Source: Bdellovibrionales bacterium (GTDB lineage Bacteria; Bdellovibrionota; Bdellovibrionia; Bdellovibrionales; JAMPXM01). Taken from it: a stretch of 34,389 nt of DNA. The notes beneath the pieces are model-generated. The model did no database searches, was not told where the DNA came from, and saw nothing but the letters and a program-made list of their open reading frames with translations. Both the position numbers and the translations under genes were made by a program. Of the stretch, positions 10,029 through 20,014 are shown in pieces. Within the stretch, counting starts at the first letter, position 1; every line of letters starts with the position of its first letter. The stretch covers positions 1 to 34,389 of the forward strand of contig JAYTHQ010000190.1 in NCBI GenBank assembly GCA_043732445.1. Direction: 5' to 3'.

Positions 10029-10334
10029 TCAGTTGAAAACGCCGAGAACGTCTTCTTCTTTGATCATCAAGAATTCTTGGCCATCGAGTTTCAAGTCAGT
10101 TCCGCCGTATTTCGAGAACAAAACTTTATCGCCGACTTTCACTTCGAGCGGCAAAACTTTGCCGTCTTCGAGGATGCGGCCTTTACCCGTGGCGACGACT
10201 TCGCCGCGCTGAGGTTTTTCTTTTGCGGTATCAGGAATAATCAAACCGCCTGCAGTTTTCTCTTCTTCAGCCATGCGGCGAACAAGAATGCGATCGTGAA
10301 GTGGGCGGACTTTCAGGTCCGAAGACTTAGCCAT
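10029..10334 (-). CDS. groS: co-chaperonin GroES (Cpn10)
   Basis: 101 aa: [14 protein letters not shown]...[26 protein letters not shown]. It lies 66 nt upstream of groEL. Confidence 0.98.
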   Translation of the reverse strand: MAKSSDLKVRPLHDRILVRRMAEEEKTAGGLIIPDTAKEKPQRGEVVATGKGRILEDGKVLPLEVKVGDKVLFSKYGGTDLKLDGQEFLMIKEEDVLGVFN

Positions 10335-10367
10335 TGAGAGGAACCTCCATAAGAGTTTTGAGAACCC

Positions 10368-10395
10368 AATATGAAGTCCCTCAAGCGGGAGTCAA
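10368..10395 (-). promoter_or_regulatory. candidate groES-groEL promoter
   Basis: The minus strand reads cCTTGACT-N16-CATATT, which also fits a sigma-32-like CTTGA..N13..CTTCATAT. GGAGG SD at 10344-10348. No CIRCE inverted repeat is seen. Confidence 0.35.
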
Positions 10396-10451
10396 GGCGA
10401 TGCGGCCGATTTTTCTAGAAAGGAGCTCCGTCGAGGCCCGAGCGCCTCGCG

Positions 10452-10928
10452 TCAATCTCGTAAACGAGTCGGTTTTGCCTGGCTAGAAGGGGCTGCCAAG
10501 AGCGGAAGCGAGCTCTCTGACACTTGAGAGCCAGCTGAGAGCTGTTTTTGGTAAGCCATCATCAGGTCCGCGGTTTCTTCGGCCGTTAGCTTTTTCGCGG
10601 CGTCCAAGAACGACGAACGGTCCTTTAGCTGGCTTACGTAAAGAGTAAAGTAGTCACTAATTGTTAGCTCTTGAGCGATCTCAACGTTGAATTGTGCCTG
10701 CTGGAGCTTCTGATCGCCTCGGCCAAACTTCGACGGCGGGGCTTTCATGGGCGCCTGGAGATCGGCCTGAAGTTTGTCGAGATTTTTGCGCGCCTCTTCG
10801 ACTCGGGCGCTTTTCCAACCCTGAAAGCCTGAGATTCCAGAAGAGTTAATCTCCGCGTGCGCCGACGTCATCGACGTGTTGGTTGTCAAAAGTGCCGCCA
10901 AAAGTAAAAGAGCGAACGCGCGTTTCAT
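10452..10928 (-). CDS. exported hypothetical protein (158 aa)
   Basis: Signal peptide MKRAFALLLLAALLTTNTSMTSAHA. Predicted helical, with no recognisable domain. Confidence 0.6.
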   Translation of the reverse strand: MKRAFALLLLAALLTTNTSMTSAHAEINSSGISGFQGWKSARVEEARKNLDKLQADLQAPMKAPPSKFGRGDQKLQQAQFNVEIAQELTISDYFTLYVSQLKDRSSFLDAAKKLTAEETADLMMAYQKQLSAGSQVSESSLPLLAAPSSQAKPTRLRD

Positions 10929-11087
10929 CGATTGTTATTATATCAATGTTGATGCCACCCGGGAACCGTTGCCTATTTGTTTCCACGCCATTCAGGCGAC
11001 CATTTTGGTGAAAACCAGAGCCGCGATTGAGCCCCCGAAGCTAGGCCCTCCGTTTCCGGAGTTGACGGGCTCGGAGAATTCCCCGAC

Positions 11088-11948
11088 ATGTATGCGATGC
11101 CACTCAAAGTCGCTGCCGTTCAATATCCGCTCGCTGAAGGCCTCAAGGTCGATACGTTCTATGCGAAGATCGGGGCCTACTTGGCCGAAGCTGCGCAAGC
11201 GGGCGCGGAGCTCGTCGTTTTCCCGGAGCTCATCACTCTCGAGTTGGTCGATTGGCAGTCGCCAATCAGTGACGTCGACCAGCTGATCGCGATCGCAAAA
11301 GATTTTACGCCGGCCTACTTTGAATGGCTCACCGTCCAAGCGAAGAGTTTGAATATCGCAATTCTTGGCGGCACGTCGCCACGAGCAGTAGGCGATGCAA
11401 TCTTAAACACATCGCCTTTGGCATTCGCCGACGGAACACTGATCATGCAAGATAAACTCTTCCTCACACCCGACGAGAAGGCTTGGGGCTGGACTGGTGG
11501 AGACACTCTCCGGGTGTTTGAAGCCGCTTGGGGTAAAACCGTGATCGCGATTTGTTTCGATTGCGAGTTCCCGCTCGTTTCGGGATTACTCGCGAGCGAA
11601 CGTCCCGACATGATTCTTGTGCCGTCTTGGACCTCAACACATTCCGGATTAAACCGGGTTGATTTTACCGCGCGCGCTCGCGCGGTCGAACACTTCGCTT
11701 ACGTGGTGAAGACAGGAACGGTCCCTGATTTGAAATCGACTCTGCCTCATTACGGACAGGCGAGCCTTCATACTCCGCAAGAAAGTGGTTTTCCAGTGAA
11801 GCCGAATGAGGGCTACCTCAACGAACCCGGTCTCGTTTACGGTGAGCTCGATCTCGAATATTTAAGAGAAAAAAAATTAACGTCGGGCTATTACCCGAGC
11901 CATGAGCAGAGCCTTCGCGCGAAACCCGTTCTGCTCGCGCGAGGCTAG
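11088..11948 (+). CDS. carbon-nitrogen hydrolase (nitrilase superfamily), cytoplasmic paralog A
   Basis: Glu-Lys-Cys triad context: VVFPELITLE, MQDKLFLTPDE, ICFDCEFP. No signal peptide. Confidence 0.85.
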   Translation: MYAMPLKVAAVQYPLAEGLKVDTFYAKIGAYLAEAAQAGAELVVFPELITLELVDWQSPISDVDQLIAIAKDFTPAYFEWLTVQAKSLNIAILGGTSPRAVGDAILNTSPLAFADGTLIMQDKLFLTPDEKAWGWTGGDTLRVFEAAWGKTVIAICFDCEFPLVSGLLASERPDMILVPSWTSTHSGLNRVDFTARARAVEHFAYVVKTGTVPDLKSTLPHYGQASLHTPQESGFPVKPNEGYLNEPGLVYGELDLEYLREKKLTSGYYPSHEQSLRAKPVLLARG

Positions 11949-11952
11949 AATC

Positions 11953-12789
11953 TTACTGACAAGATGTGCGACCCAATACGTCGTCAATTTTGAAATTCGA
12001 GTTCGACGTATTTACACTTGCGAACTGGCCGCTACCGGCTGTCGCGATCTGTTGCATAATCGACTTTGCATTCACCGCATCCACATCAGTGTCGACGACA
12101 CTATAGAAGATCGTGCTGAGCGAAACGCGGCCCGGCGCTCGAGATAACAAATTAGAAACGTCCGAGTTCATCTGCGCTGAACGGAAGCTGCCGTTAATGT
12201 CCGTGTAATCCGTCGGTACTCCGTCACTCAAAAGTACGATGAAGTAGTGCGGCTGTTCGTTTGAGTTCACGTCCGGATCATTTGAGATCGCCGTCGCCGC
12301 GAGTGAAATCGCTGACGCGTATGGAGTATTTCCAGAATCCGAAGCGCCGTAGAAATTCGAGATCGCGGTACTCATCCGATTCGTATCGCTTGCAAACTGT
12401 GGAGTCGAATTTGAACCACCGTTGATGTAAGCGCGAGCTACATCGGCCGAGAACGTCGCAAAGCCCCAGCTAAAATTCGTCTTGTGACTATAAGTCGAGA
12501 AGAACGAGTTGATCGCGCCGCCTCGGAAGCTCTTATTAGGGTCCGTGGGCGGAGAGCTCGTGATGCTTCCGTTGACGTTATTATAGGTCGTATCGTGGTT
12601 TGAACCCGACGTATCGACGAGAAACATGATCTTCGTTTTACGATAGATCGTTTCGACGTTGCAGGTTGTGCCCGCTGGCGTGACCGCTGGGGCGCTGCCG
12701 CCCTCTTTAACTGTCGAGAAGTTAACTGGGCTACAGGCCGCGATCCCTACGGTCAGCGCCGTCATCACTAATAGCTTCAGCTTTTCCAT
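11953..12789 (-). CDS. VWA-domain lipoprotein
   Basis: ORF extends to 12816. ATG 12789 gives lipobox MEKLKLLVMTALTVGIAAC. MIDAS motif in IMFLVDTSGSNHD. Confidence 0.75.
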   Translation of the reverse strand: MEKLKLLVMTALTVGIAACSPVNFSTVKEGGSAPAVTPAGTTCNVETIYRKTKIMFLVDTSGSNHDTTYNNVNGSITSSPPTDPNKSFRGGAINSFFSTYSHKTNFSWGFATFSADVARAYINGGSNSTPQFASDTNRMSTAISNFYGASDSGNTPYASAISLAATAISNDPDVNSNEQPHYFIVLLSDGVPTDYTDINGSFRSAQMNSDVSNLLSRAPGRVSLSTIFYSVVDTDVDAVNAKSIMQQIATAGSGQFASVNTSNSNFKIDDVLGRTSCQ

Positions 12790-13026
12790 ACAGACACTCC
12801 TTCGTTCGAGAACCAAGACACACTCCTCCCTTAGTGCAAGAGTAGGGCGCCGGCTGGCACGGACGTCAGGCCTCGAAAAAAGCCATCAGATCCACTCCAG
12901 TGGTCCTCGCCTCAAAATAAGATGAACCGGACGAAAAGGGCGGCATTCCGACCTGTTGAACCTCTAGGCTCGGGGCGCAAAAAGGGTCACCCGAACAATC
13001 GTTGACCCCTTTAAAAGCCAGCAGGC

Positions 13027-13857
13027 ATGCTCTCGGCCGTGCATGAACTCCTGCTATTTTTCATCTCCATTGGTGCCGGATTTCTAGGCGCCATCCTCGG
13101 GATCGGCGGCGGACTGATTGTCGTGCCGGTGCTGACGCTTTTCTTTCATGTCGATATTCGTTTCGCGATCGCCGCAAGCCTCATCTCGATCGTCGCAACG
13201 TCGTCCGGAGCGGCGGCCAGCTTTCTTCGCGATCGGCTAACAAATTTACGTGTCGCAGTTTTGCTAGAGATCGGCACCGTCTTTGGCGCCATCATCGGAT
13301 TTCTCATTTCTAAAAATATTCGCTCGTCGGGGCTTTTTTTGACCTTCGGTTTCTTTCTCCTTTTTTCTGCCGTCATGATGTTACGAAAACGCGGCGACTC
13401 GGTTTCGACCAATGACCACCCTTGGTCAAAGAGACTGCGTCTAGCTGGCAGCTTTCCGCATCAAGGCGGCGAACATATTTCGTACGCCGTCGAAAATGTG
13501 CCCCTCGGACTAGCGCTCATGTTTTTCGCTGGCGCAATGTCGGCGCTTTTGGGTATTGGCAGCGGCATCTTAAAAGTTTTGGCAATGGACGGCGCCATGA
13601 AACTACCGATGAAAGTTTCGTCTGCGACGTCGAATTTTATGATCGGCGTCACCGCGACCGCGAGTGCGGGAGCTTTTTTAATTGAAGGCGATATTCATCC
13701 AGAAATTGCGGCGCCCGTCGCGGTCGGAATCATTATCGGATCTTGGGTCGGCGCGGCCGCCATGATCCGAATGAGGCCCGCTTTGATTCGAAAGATCTTC
13801 GTCGTCGTTCTCGGCATCATCTCAATTCAAATGATCGTGAAAGGATTTAACTTATGA
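13027..13857 (+). CDS. TauE/SafE (TSUP) family anion exporter
   Basis: 276 aa polytopic membrane protein with duplicated GIGGG / LGIGSG motifs typical of DUF81/TauE. Confidence 0.8.
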   Translation: MLSAVHELLLFFISIGAGFLGAILGIGGGLIVVPVLTLFFHVDIRFAIAASLISIVATSSGAAASFLRDRLTNLRVAVLLEIGTVFGAIIGFLISKNIRSSGLFLTFGFFLLFSAVMMLRKRGDSVSTNDHPWSKRLRLAGSFPHQGGEHISYAVENVPLGLALMFFAGAMSALLGIGSGILKVLAMDGAMKLPMKVSSATSNFMIGVTATASAGAFLIEGDIHPEIAAPVAVGIIIGSWVGAAAMIRMRPALIRKIFVVVLGIISIQMIVKGFNL

Positions 13858-14237
13858 ATCCGGCTCAAACTGACACCCGCCTTTTTTCGCTCGAACTCTT
13901 TATCGCAAAGTTCTTACGCTACGGAGTTCTCTTAGCTGGTGGCTTGATGTTTATCGGATGGATGATGCAAATCGATTTTCAACACGACACGTTTGCGGCT
14001 TTCAAGCAGTACCAACATCTTCCGCTAACGCAAGCGCTGGATGCTGCCTTTGCGAATCACGCTTACGGCTTGTTGGTGGCCTACCTTGGCCTTTTTGTTT
14101 TAATTGCGCTGCCAATTCTGCGAGTCGGTTTGACCGCGATTGTTTTCATCATCGAGAAAGATTATGCGCTCGCGGCGTGCGCGGCCTTAGTACTCAGTGG
14201 ACTTGCGTTGAGTTTTGCTCTTGGCTACGCGATCTAA
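13854..14237 (+). CDS. DUF1634 membrane protein (usual partner of TauE/SafE)
   Basis: ATGA start/stop overlap with the upstream gene. FLRYGVLLAGGLMFIGW motif. 127 aa with 3-4 TM segments. Confidence 0.7.
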   Translation: MNPAQTDTRLFSLELFIAKFLRYGVLLAGGLMFIGWMMQIDFQHDTFAAFKQYQHLPLTQALDAAFANHAYGLLVAYLGLFVLIALPILRVGLTAIVFIIEKDYALAACAALVLSGLALSFALGYAI

Positions 14238-15193
14238 AAATCCCACATGAGCGAGGCGATCGGCTCGCCCGTTAATTCATCAACTCTCGGAATGACCGCG
14301 GGTTCGAAGGCTGAGACGGAACGCTCCGACTTTTTATACCCACTTCCGGTCACTTCGTTCTTATGCGCCATTTTAACCGCGGATTTTCCAAAAAGATATC
14401 CGAGCATGAGGCCAATCGGATAATCCCCTGCCCAATGAATTCCATTGTTGACCATGCCGAATCCTAAAAGGCTCGTATAAACTATTTGCGTTGGCCAGAG
14501 CCACGATTCGTATTCAGGATAATTGGCGCGCAGAACCGTAAACGTCACGGTTGTCGTCATCACGTGCCCGCTTGGAAACGCATCGTGCTTGGTTCGTTCG
14601 CTATTGTAAGCCGCGAGGCCCGGAAATGGGTGCCAAGCGCCGCCGGGCGCGGTGCGCACCCCTGGATCTTCGCGACCGAACGAATACTTGAGAGCTTGTT
14701 CAAAGATCGTCGATGCTAAAAATCCGTTTAGCATTTCAATGGCCGTGTTGAACGGCCGCGTTCGGTCGCCGAAATATCCTGACGCCAGTAACCCTGTCGC
14801 AAGTCCAAGATGAATCCATCCGTCACCCAGGAAATAAAGTCCCGAACTCAAATCCGAAGGTCCCCACATTAAAACAAAGTCGCCGTAAACGCGTCCGTAG
14901 GTCTTCAATTGATCTTCGTTACTGAGTCCCCACCGCTGGCCGATCTTGGCCGTCGCTACATAAATGTCTTCGTCGTAAATTAACAGCGGTACCGTTGTTG
15001 CTCCGACCAGCACCCATTTCATTGCGCTCTCTTTATCGGTTCCCAAACGAAACGCATTCACAATCGTATCGGGTGTTTCGGTGATCATTTGATGGATCGA
15101 AAGACGATCCGACGCCGAGTCTTCAGCGCTAGCGAGAGGTGCCGCCAGCGAGAGACCGATGAACAAAGTTAAAATGCGCGAAGCCCATGTCAT
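14234..15193 (-). CDS. exported PAP2-superfamily phosphatase
   Basis: Signal MTWASRILTLFIGLSLAAPLASA. PAP2 motifs FPSGHV and GIHWAGDYP. Its stop codon overlaps the stop of the convergent DUF1634 gene. Confidence 0.75.
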   Translation of the reverse strand: MTWASRILTLFIGLSLAAPLASAEDSASDRLSIHQMITETPDTIVNAFRLGTDKESAMKWVLVGATTVPLLIYDEDIYVATAKIGQRWGLSNEDQLKTYGRVYGDFVLMWGPSDLSSGLYFLGDGWIHLGLATGLLASGYFGDRTRPFNTAIEMLNGFLASTIFEQALKYSFGREDPGVRTAPGGAWHPFPGLAAYNSERTKHDAFPSGHVMTTTVTFTVLRANYPEYESWLWPTQIVYTSLLGFGMVNNGIHWAGDYPIGLMLGYLFGKSAVKMAHKNEVTGSGYKKSERSVSAFEPAVIPRVDELTGEPIASLMWDF

Positions 15194-15229
15194 AGCGATG
15201 TTGTCCTCACACTAGAATCTCTGGTTTCA

Positions 15230-15266
15230 CGATCGCATGAAAGTGCTTTTCACTTTCATACGATCG
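15230..15266. promoter_or_regulatory. 16-bp inverted repeat (1 mismatch, 5-nt spacer) in a divergent promoter region; candidate operator
   Basis: cgatcgcatgaaagtg ctttt cactttcatacgatcg. It sits between the PAP2 start (15193, minus) and the transporter start (15342, plus). Confidence 0.4.
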
Positions 15267-15341
15267 GTTCTCGCCTAGTCATTGGTCGGCGTGTTAGCGT
15301 TAACCGAAACTTAAGAAACGATTCAAGCCCTGGAGTCACGC

Positions 15342-16571
15342 GTGTCCAAGTTTTTCAAGAAACTCAGCCTCACTCACTGGATCTTTATCGCGATGTTGAT
15401 CGGCATTGGGCTCGGCTATTTCTTGCCGGAATGGTCGCCCGGCTACAAAGTCGTCTCGAACCTTTTCTTGCGAATGATCAAATGTATCATCGCGCCTATT
15501 TTATTCGGTACGTTGGTTGTCGGCATCGCGGGTCACACGACCGATATGAAACAAGTCGGCCGACTAGCGCTCAAATCCCTTTTCTACTTTGAAATTGTGA
15601 CGACGTTGGCACTGGTATTCGGACTGGTGGCCGTGAACGTCATGGAGCCAGGCCGCGGGATTCAGCTCCCGCCAGCAACTCATACGGCTGAACCGCTCGC
15701 CAAACCGATGACCACACCGGAGATGATCGAGCACGTCGTTCCGAAAAGTATTGTCGAAGCCGCCGCCTCGAATGACGTTTTACAAATCGTCTTTTTCGCA
15801 GTTCTGTTCGCGATTGCGCTGTCGCAGCTACACGGCGTACACCGCGAGACGATGGTGAAGGTTTGCGAGAGTCTTTCAGAGACGATGTTTAAGTTTACCG
15901 GAATTGTCATGAAGTTTGCGCCGTTCGGCATCGGGGCCGCGATGGCGAACACGGTCAGTCATAGCGGTCTCGATGTGCTGTTGAACCTGGGCAAACTTGT
16001 TCTCACACTTTACGGAACCCTTTTCCTTTTTATACTCTTCGTTTTCGTTCCGATCATGCTGTTCTTCAAAATTCCAATTCGCAGATTTATCAAAGCCGTT
16101 CGCGAGCCCGCGATTATCGCCTTCACTACGACGTCTTCGGACGCGGCATTGCCCGACGCCCTTCAAAACATGGTGAAGTTTGGCGTGCCGAAGCGAATTG
16201 TTTCCTTCGTTCTGCCGCTGGGCTATTCGTTTAATTTAGACGGCTCAACTTTGTATCTTGCTCTCGCATCAGTCTTTTGCGCGCAAGCTGCCGGCATCCA
16301 CCTCACGATTCAACAACAGATCGTGATCATGTTTTCGCTGATGCTCTCGAGCAAGGGCGTGGCCGCTGTTCCACGTGCATCGTTCGTCATCTTGTCGGCA
16401 ACTCTCGTGACTTTTGGAATTCCAATCGAAGCGGCACTTTTAGTTCTAGGGGTCGATGAACTGATGGATATGGCGCGCACGAGTACAAACTTGGTCGGAA
16501 ACTGTTTAGCGTCGGCCGTCATGGCGCGCTGGGAAGGCGAGCTCTTGCTCGACCATCCAGAAAAAGTTTAA
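15342..16571 (+). CDS. dicarboxylate/amino acid:cation symporter (DAACS, GltP/DctA-like)
   Basis: 409 aa, GTG start. Family motifs FTTTSSDAALPDAL and SLMLSSKGVAAVPRASFVIL. Confidence 0.9.
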   Translation: MSKFFKKLSLTHWIFIAMLIGIGLGYFLPEWSPGYKVVSNLFLRMIKCIIAPILFGTLVVGIAGHTTDMKQVGRLALKSLFYFEIVTTLALVFGLVAVNVMEPGRGIQLPPATHTAEPLAKPMTTPEMIEHVVPKSIVEAAASNDVLQIVFFAVLFAIALSQLHGVHRETMVKVCESLSETMFKFTGIVMKFAPFGIGAAMANTVSHSGLDVLLNLGKLVLTLYGTLFLFILFVFVPIMLFFKIPIRRFIKAVREPAIIAFTTTSSDAALPDALQNMVKFGVPKRIVSFVLPLGYSFNLDGSTLYLALASVFCAQAAGIHLTIQQQIVIMFSLMLSSKGVAAVPRASFVILSATLVTFGIPIEAALLVLGVDELMDMARTSTNLVGNCLASAVMARWEGELLLDHPEKV

Positions 16572-16574
16572 GCG

Positions 16575-17183
16575 CTAGGTTTTTGATTCTGTCGACTGGG
16601 GCGGTTCAACAGCGTCGACCGAATCATCGAGTGGCGTTTTCTTTTTCAAAAAGATCCAGGCCACCCACAAAATGATCGAGAGAATAACGGCCGCGATGAG
16701 AAGTTCGCCGACGTGACCACGCCGCGAAAGCACTTGCTGGATTCCTTCGCCAAGGCCCCAACCGATTCCGGTAAATACCAGCGCCCAAACCGCGGCGCTA
16801 ATTACGTTCAAAATTAAAAAGCGAACGACCGGGTAGTGAGTCGCGCCGAGAACCGCTGGCGTCACTGTTCGGATGCCGTAAATAAATCTGAAAATCAAAA
16901 CGAAGAAAATTCCAAAACGATTGGTGAATTGTTGAATTCTCTCACTCCGTTTGCGCCACTTCGGATGTTTATCGATAAAGGGGCGACCCCAAATTCGGCC
17001 GCCCATGAACCAAGTCGTGTCTCCAAGCGTGCTGCCAAGAAAGGCTGCAAGCGCGACGCCGCGAAAAGTGAGTAGGCCCTTGTGCGCCATCGCGCCAGCC
17101 GCGACCACGATCGTTTCGCCTTCAAAAAAGGTCCCGATCGCGACGGCCCAAGCTCCCCAGTGAAGTACAAATTCTTTGAACAT
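16575..17183 (-). CDS. DedA family membrane protein
   Basis: WAVAIGTFFEGETIVVAAGAMA and GRIWGRPF motifs. The first ATG is at 17183; the ORF also extends to a GTG at 17216. Confidence 0.8.
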   Translation of the reverse strand: MFKEFVLHWGAWAVAIGTFFEGETIVVAAGAMAHKGLLTFRGVALAAFLGSTLGDTTWFMGGRIWGRPFIDKHPKWRKRSERIQQFTNRFGIFFVLIFRFIYGIRTVTPAVLGATHYPVVRFLILNVISAAVWALVFTGIGWGLGEGIQQVLSRRGHVGELLIAAVILSIILWVAWIFLKKKTPLDDSVDAVEPPQSTESKT

Positions 17184-17330
17184 AAAACTCTGATTACCTC
17201 GGGTCCAAAGTCTCACGAGGGCCGGTTCTGGGAAAGCAGTAACTCAGAATGAGACGACGATGACCCGCGTCGTTCAGCTGTGCGCGTTCTGGGCCGATAA
17301 AGATGCTGCCTGACACCCCTAGGAGAAACG

Positions 17331-17660
17331 ATGAGTCGCATCGCCAGTTTAAATTTTTTGATCTTTATGGCGCTCGCTTTTGCAGCACCATTCTTCACAT
17401 CTTCAATTTCACAGGCCAAACCTACTCGGGCCAAAACCGCACACGCCAAGGCGCATTCAAAAAACGCTCACCAAAAGGCCCACGCTAAAAGCACTTCTCG
17501 CAAACATGCGGCAGCCTCAAAGGAGCCGTTAAATCCTGAACCGATTGACCGCACACCGGCTAACGCGGCAATCCCGGCAACCGGCTACAAGCGCGCAGCA
17601 CTCTACATGGCCAAACACGACGGCAAAAAGTCAAAAAAGAAGAAGAAGCACACCGCTTAG
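17331..17660 (+). CDS. small exported Lys/His/Ala-rich basic protein
   Basis: AGGAG SD. Signal MSRIASLNFLIFMALAFAAPFFTSSISQA. AHAKAHSKNAHQKAHAKS repeat and a KKSKKKKKH tail. Confidence 0.6.
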   Translation: MSRIASLNFLIFMALAFAAPFFTSSISQAKPTRAKTAHAKAHSKNAHQKAHAKSTSRKHAAASKEPLNPEPIDRTPANAAIPATGYKRAALYMAKHDGKKSKKKKKHTA

Positions 17661-17939
17661 GCTTGGCGCCAATTTGGAGCCTGCTCCCCAAGCCAGACCT
17701 CGGCACGGAGCCGCAATTGGGCCTAGATTTTTACCGATTTTCTCAGCAAATCAGATTTTGATTTAAGACATTCGCCCAATATTTTCTCAGCCGCGCTAAA
17801 ACTGAGCTGCGCCGTTCAATTCCCGTCTTTTTTACAAAACCGTTTAATGTTTGGTCAGATTGTGGGCCCGCTGATCTCTGCGAGCAAAGTGGCCCTCGGC
17901 TTGCTCCTTTTCTGCCTAATGGTAGAAATAGGAGTGTGT

Positions 17940-19022
17940 ATGCGGCTTAGTAAATTGCCGACGATTTTGGCGTCCGTCTTTACGATGGCCATGACTTCGT
18001 CTGTTTCGTCTGCCGAGCCGGGCACGTGTAAAAATATGTTTAGTCAGTCAAAGTACACGAAAATTCGCAGCGAAGTTCGCGAGTTCAAGTTTGATCTGCC
18101 GGGCCTTAAAATCGCGAGCGTGACCGATCAGTCACTTTCGACCGGTGCCACACTTTTTCTTTTACCAGCGCATTCAACCGCTAACTACGACGCTCGCGGA
18201 GGCTCGGTTGCCGCGATTGAGACCACTCTTCTTGATGAATCATCCTACAGCAACGAAATCGACGGTATTCTCTTCGCCGGCGGCTCCACCATGGGTCTTG
18301 AAGCGACTCAAGGAGTTCGTCGCCGGTTATTTAAAGAGCGGGCCGGAAAAGCCGCCGATTTTGACTTTATTCCATCGATTCCAGGTGCTGTCGTGTACGA
18401 CTACGGTAACCGTATTGAGCCGTCACAGAAGAAATTAAACTTTCCCGATATCAAGTTGGGCGAGGCTGCATTTGATCAGGCGAAAGAAAATTCCATCCTT
18501 ATGGGCCGCGTCGGGGCAGGAACGTCGACGACCGGAAGTAAAATTACTGAGCCGGTTTGGGGCGGACAAGGGGCCGCGTTTCGCGAGATTAAATTTGCTG
18601 ACGGCTTCTCTTTCAAAGTTTTCACGGCCGTCGTCGTTAATGCCCACGGCGAGATTCATTTGCCAGAGGGTATTGTCTTGGACAAGGCGACTCTTAAAAA
18701 ATTACGCGAACAACCTCGCGTCCGCGCAACACGAAAAAATACGACACTCTCGATTGTCATCACTGACGTCTCTTTAGATCGTAGCCAACTGAAACGGCTC
18801 GCGAATATGGTTCACACCGGCATGGCCGCGGTTATTCGCCCGTTCCACTCTTATACTGACGGCGACATATTATTCGCGGTGAGCATGCATCAAAAACAAA
18901 TGCCGACGGAAGGCGCTTACGAGCGCGAAGAAGTCTTGCAGTTGAAAGCGTCTGAGGCGATGAACGAAGCCATCGTAAAGTCAGTCATGATATCTAACGG
19001 CGTTATTCAGAAAGCGCCGTAA
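17940..19022 (+). CDS. exported S58/DmpA (P1) family peptidase/amidase
   Basis: ATG 17940 follows GGAG at 17931-17934. Signal MRLSKLPTILASVFTMAMTSSVSSA. Family hallmark KNTTLSIVITDVSLDRSQLKRLANMVHTGMAAVIRPFHSYTDGDILFAVS. Confidence 0.8.
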   Translation: MRLSKLPTILASVFTMAMTSSVSSAEPGTCKNMFSQSKYTKIRSEVREFKFDLPGLKIASVTDQSLSTGATLFLLPAHSTANYDARGGSVAAIETTLLDESSYSNEIDGILFAGGSTMGLEATQGVRRRLFKERAGKAADFDFIPSIPGAVVYDYGNRIEPSQKKLNFPDIKLGEAAFDQAKENSILMGRVGAGTSTTGSKITEPVWGGQGAAFREIKFADGFSFKVFTAVVVNAHGEIHLPEGIVLDKATLKKLREQPRVRATRKNTTLSIVITDVSLDRSQLKRLANMVHTGMAAVIRPFHSYTDGDILFAVSMHQKQMPTEGAYEREEVLQLKASEAMNEAIVKSVMISNGVIQKAP

Positions 19023-19027
19023 AAAAT

Positions 19028-20014
19028 ATGGCGCGTGCGTTCGTTCTGATTTTTTCTATTTTGATCACCGCCCTTCAGAGCGCGTCTGCGGTGGCCGCAA
19101 GCCGTGTCTGCAGTGAAGTTTTCAAAGAGGGAGCAGTTGTCATGGACAGTCTTCGAGTTGCCGCCGTTCAATATCCGCAGGGCGAAGGTAAAACCTTCGA
19201 ATCGTTTATCGCAAAAGTCGAAGGCTATTTAATAGAAGCTAAAGAGAAGAACGCACAGCTCATCGTTTTTCCTGAGTTGATCACTCTCGAGCTAGTCGAT
19301 TTAAAAAGTAAGATCCCAGAGAAAAATCAGCTCGCTGCGATCGCTGACGAAGTCACGCCAAGGTATATCGCCTGGCTCAAGGATTCAGCAAAACGGTTTA
19401 ATATCGCGATTATGGGGGGCACAACTCCTCGTCGCGTCGGACTCTTGATCAAAAACACCGCCATCTTGGCGATGGCAGACGGTAAAACTGTCATGCAAGA
19501 TAAGATATTTTTAACTCCCGACGAAAAAGCGTGGGGTTGGTCACCCGGTGAATCACTCGAGGTCTTCAGCTCGCCGTGGGGCTCAACTGTTATCACGACC
19601 TGTTTTGACTGCGAATTTCCGATGGTCTCCGAGGGGCTTGTGAACGCTCGTCCAGATCTTATTCTCGTTCCAAGTTGGACGAGCTCCCTCTCAGGATTAA
19701 ATCGAGTTGATTGGACAGCCAAGTCGAGAGCCGTTGAACATTACGCCTTCGTCATTAAGACCGGAACGATTCCAGATCCAAGTTCGCAACAGAGTCATTT
19801 CGGACGTGCCAGCATTATCGGACCGCAAGACACCGGCTTTTCCACAGAAATAATCGAAGGTGAACTGAATAAGTCACAAATCATCATCGGCGATTTAGAT
19901 CTCGCCCAGCAGCGAAAGCAGAAGTCAGTTTCTGGCTATTATCCAGGCCATGAACAGCAGCAGCGCCGTACTCCTTTTAGCGTCCAAACAAAATATCCGT
20001 GGAAGACTCCATGA
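19028..20014 (+). CDS. exported carbon-nitrogen hydrolase (nitrilase superfamily), paralog B
   Basis: Starts 5 nt after the S58 gene. Signal MARAFVLIFSILITALQSASAVAA. Triad context FPELITLE, MQDKIFLTPDE, TCFDCEFP. Long runs are identical to paralog A. Confidence 0.85.
   Translation: MARAFVLIFSILITALQSASAVAASRVCSEVFKEGAVVMDSLRVAAVQYPQGEGKTFESFIAKVEGYLIEAKEKNAQLIVFPELITLELVDLKSKIPEKNQLAAIADEVTPRYIAWLKDSAKRFNIAIMGGTTPRRVGLLIKNTAILAMADGKTVMQDKIFLTPDEKAWGWSPGESLEVFSSPWGSTVITTCFDCEFPMVSEGLVNARPDLILVPSWTSSLSGLNRVDWTAKSRAVEHYAFVIKTGTIPDPSSQQSHFGRASIIGPQDTGFSTEIIEGELNKSQIIIGDLDLAQQRKQKSVSGYYPGHEQQQRRTPFSVQTKYPWKTP

Noticed and set aside
10335-10451. CIRCE (HrcA operator) element upstream of groES
   Set aside because: I looked for TTAGCACTC-N9-GAGTGCTAA on both strands and found nothing resembling it. 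Only a sigma-70/sigma-32-like promoter candidate is present.
17847-17939. N-terminal 31-codon extension of the S58 peptidase ORF
   Set aside because: The internal ATG at 17940 has a GGAG SD and gives a normal signal peptide. The upstream extension has no SD and would bury the signal sequence.
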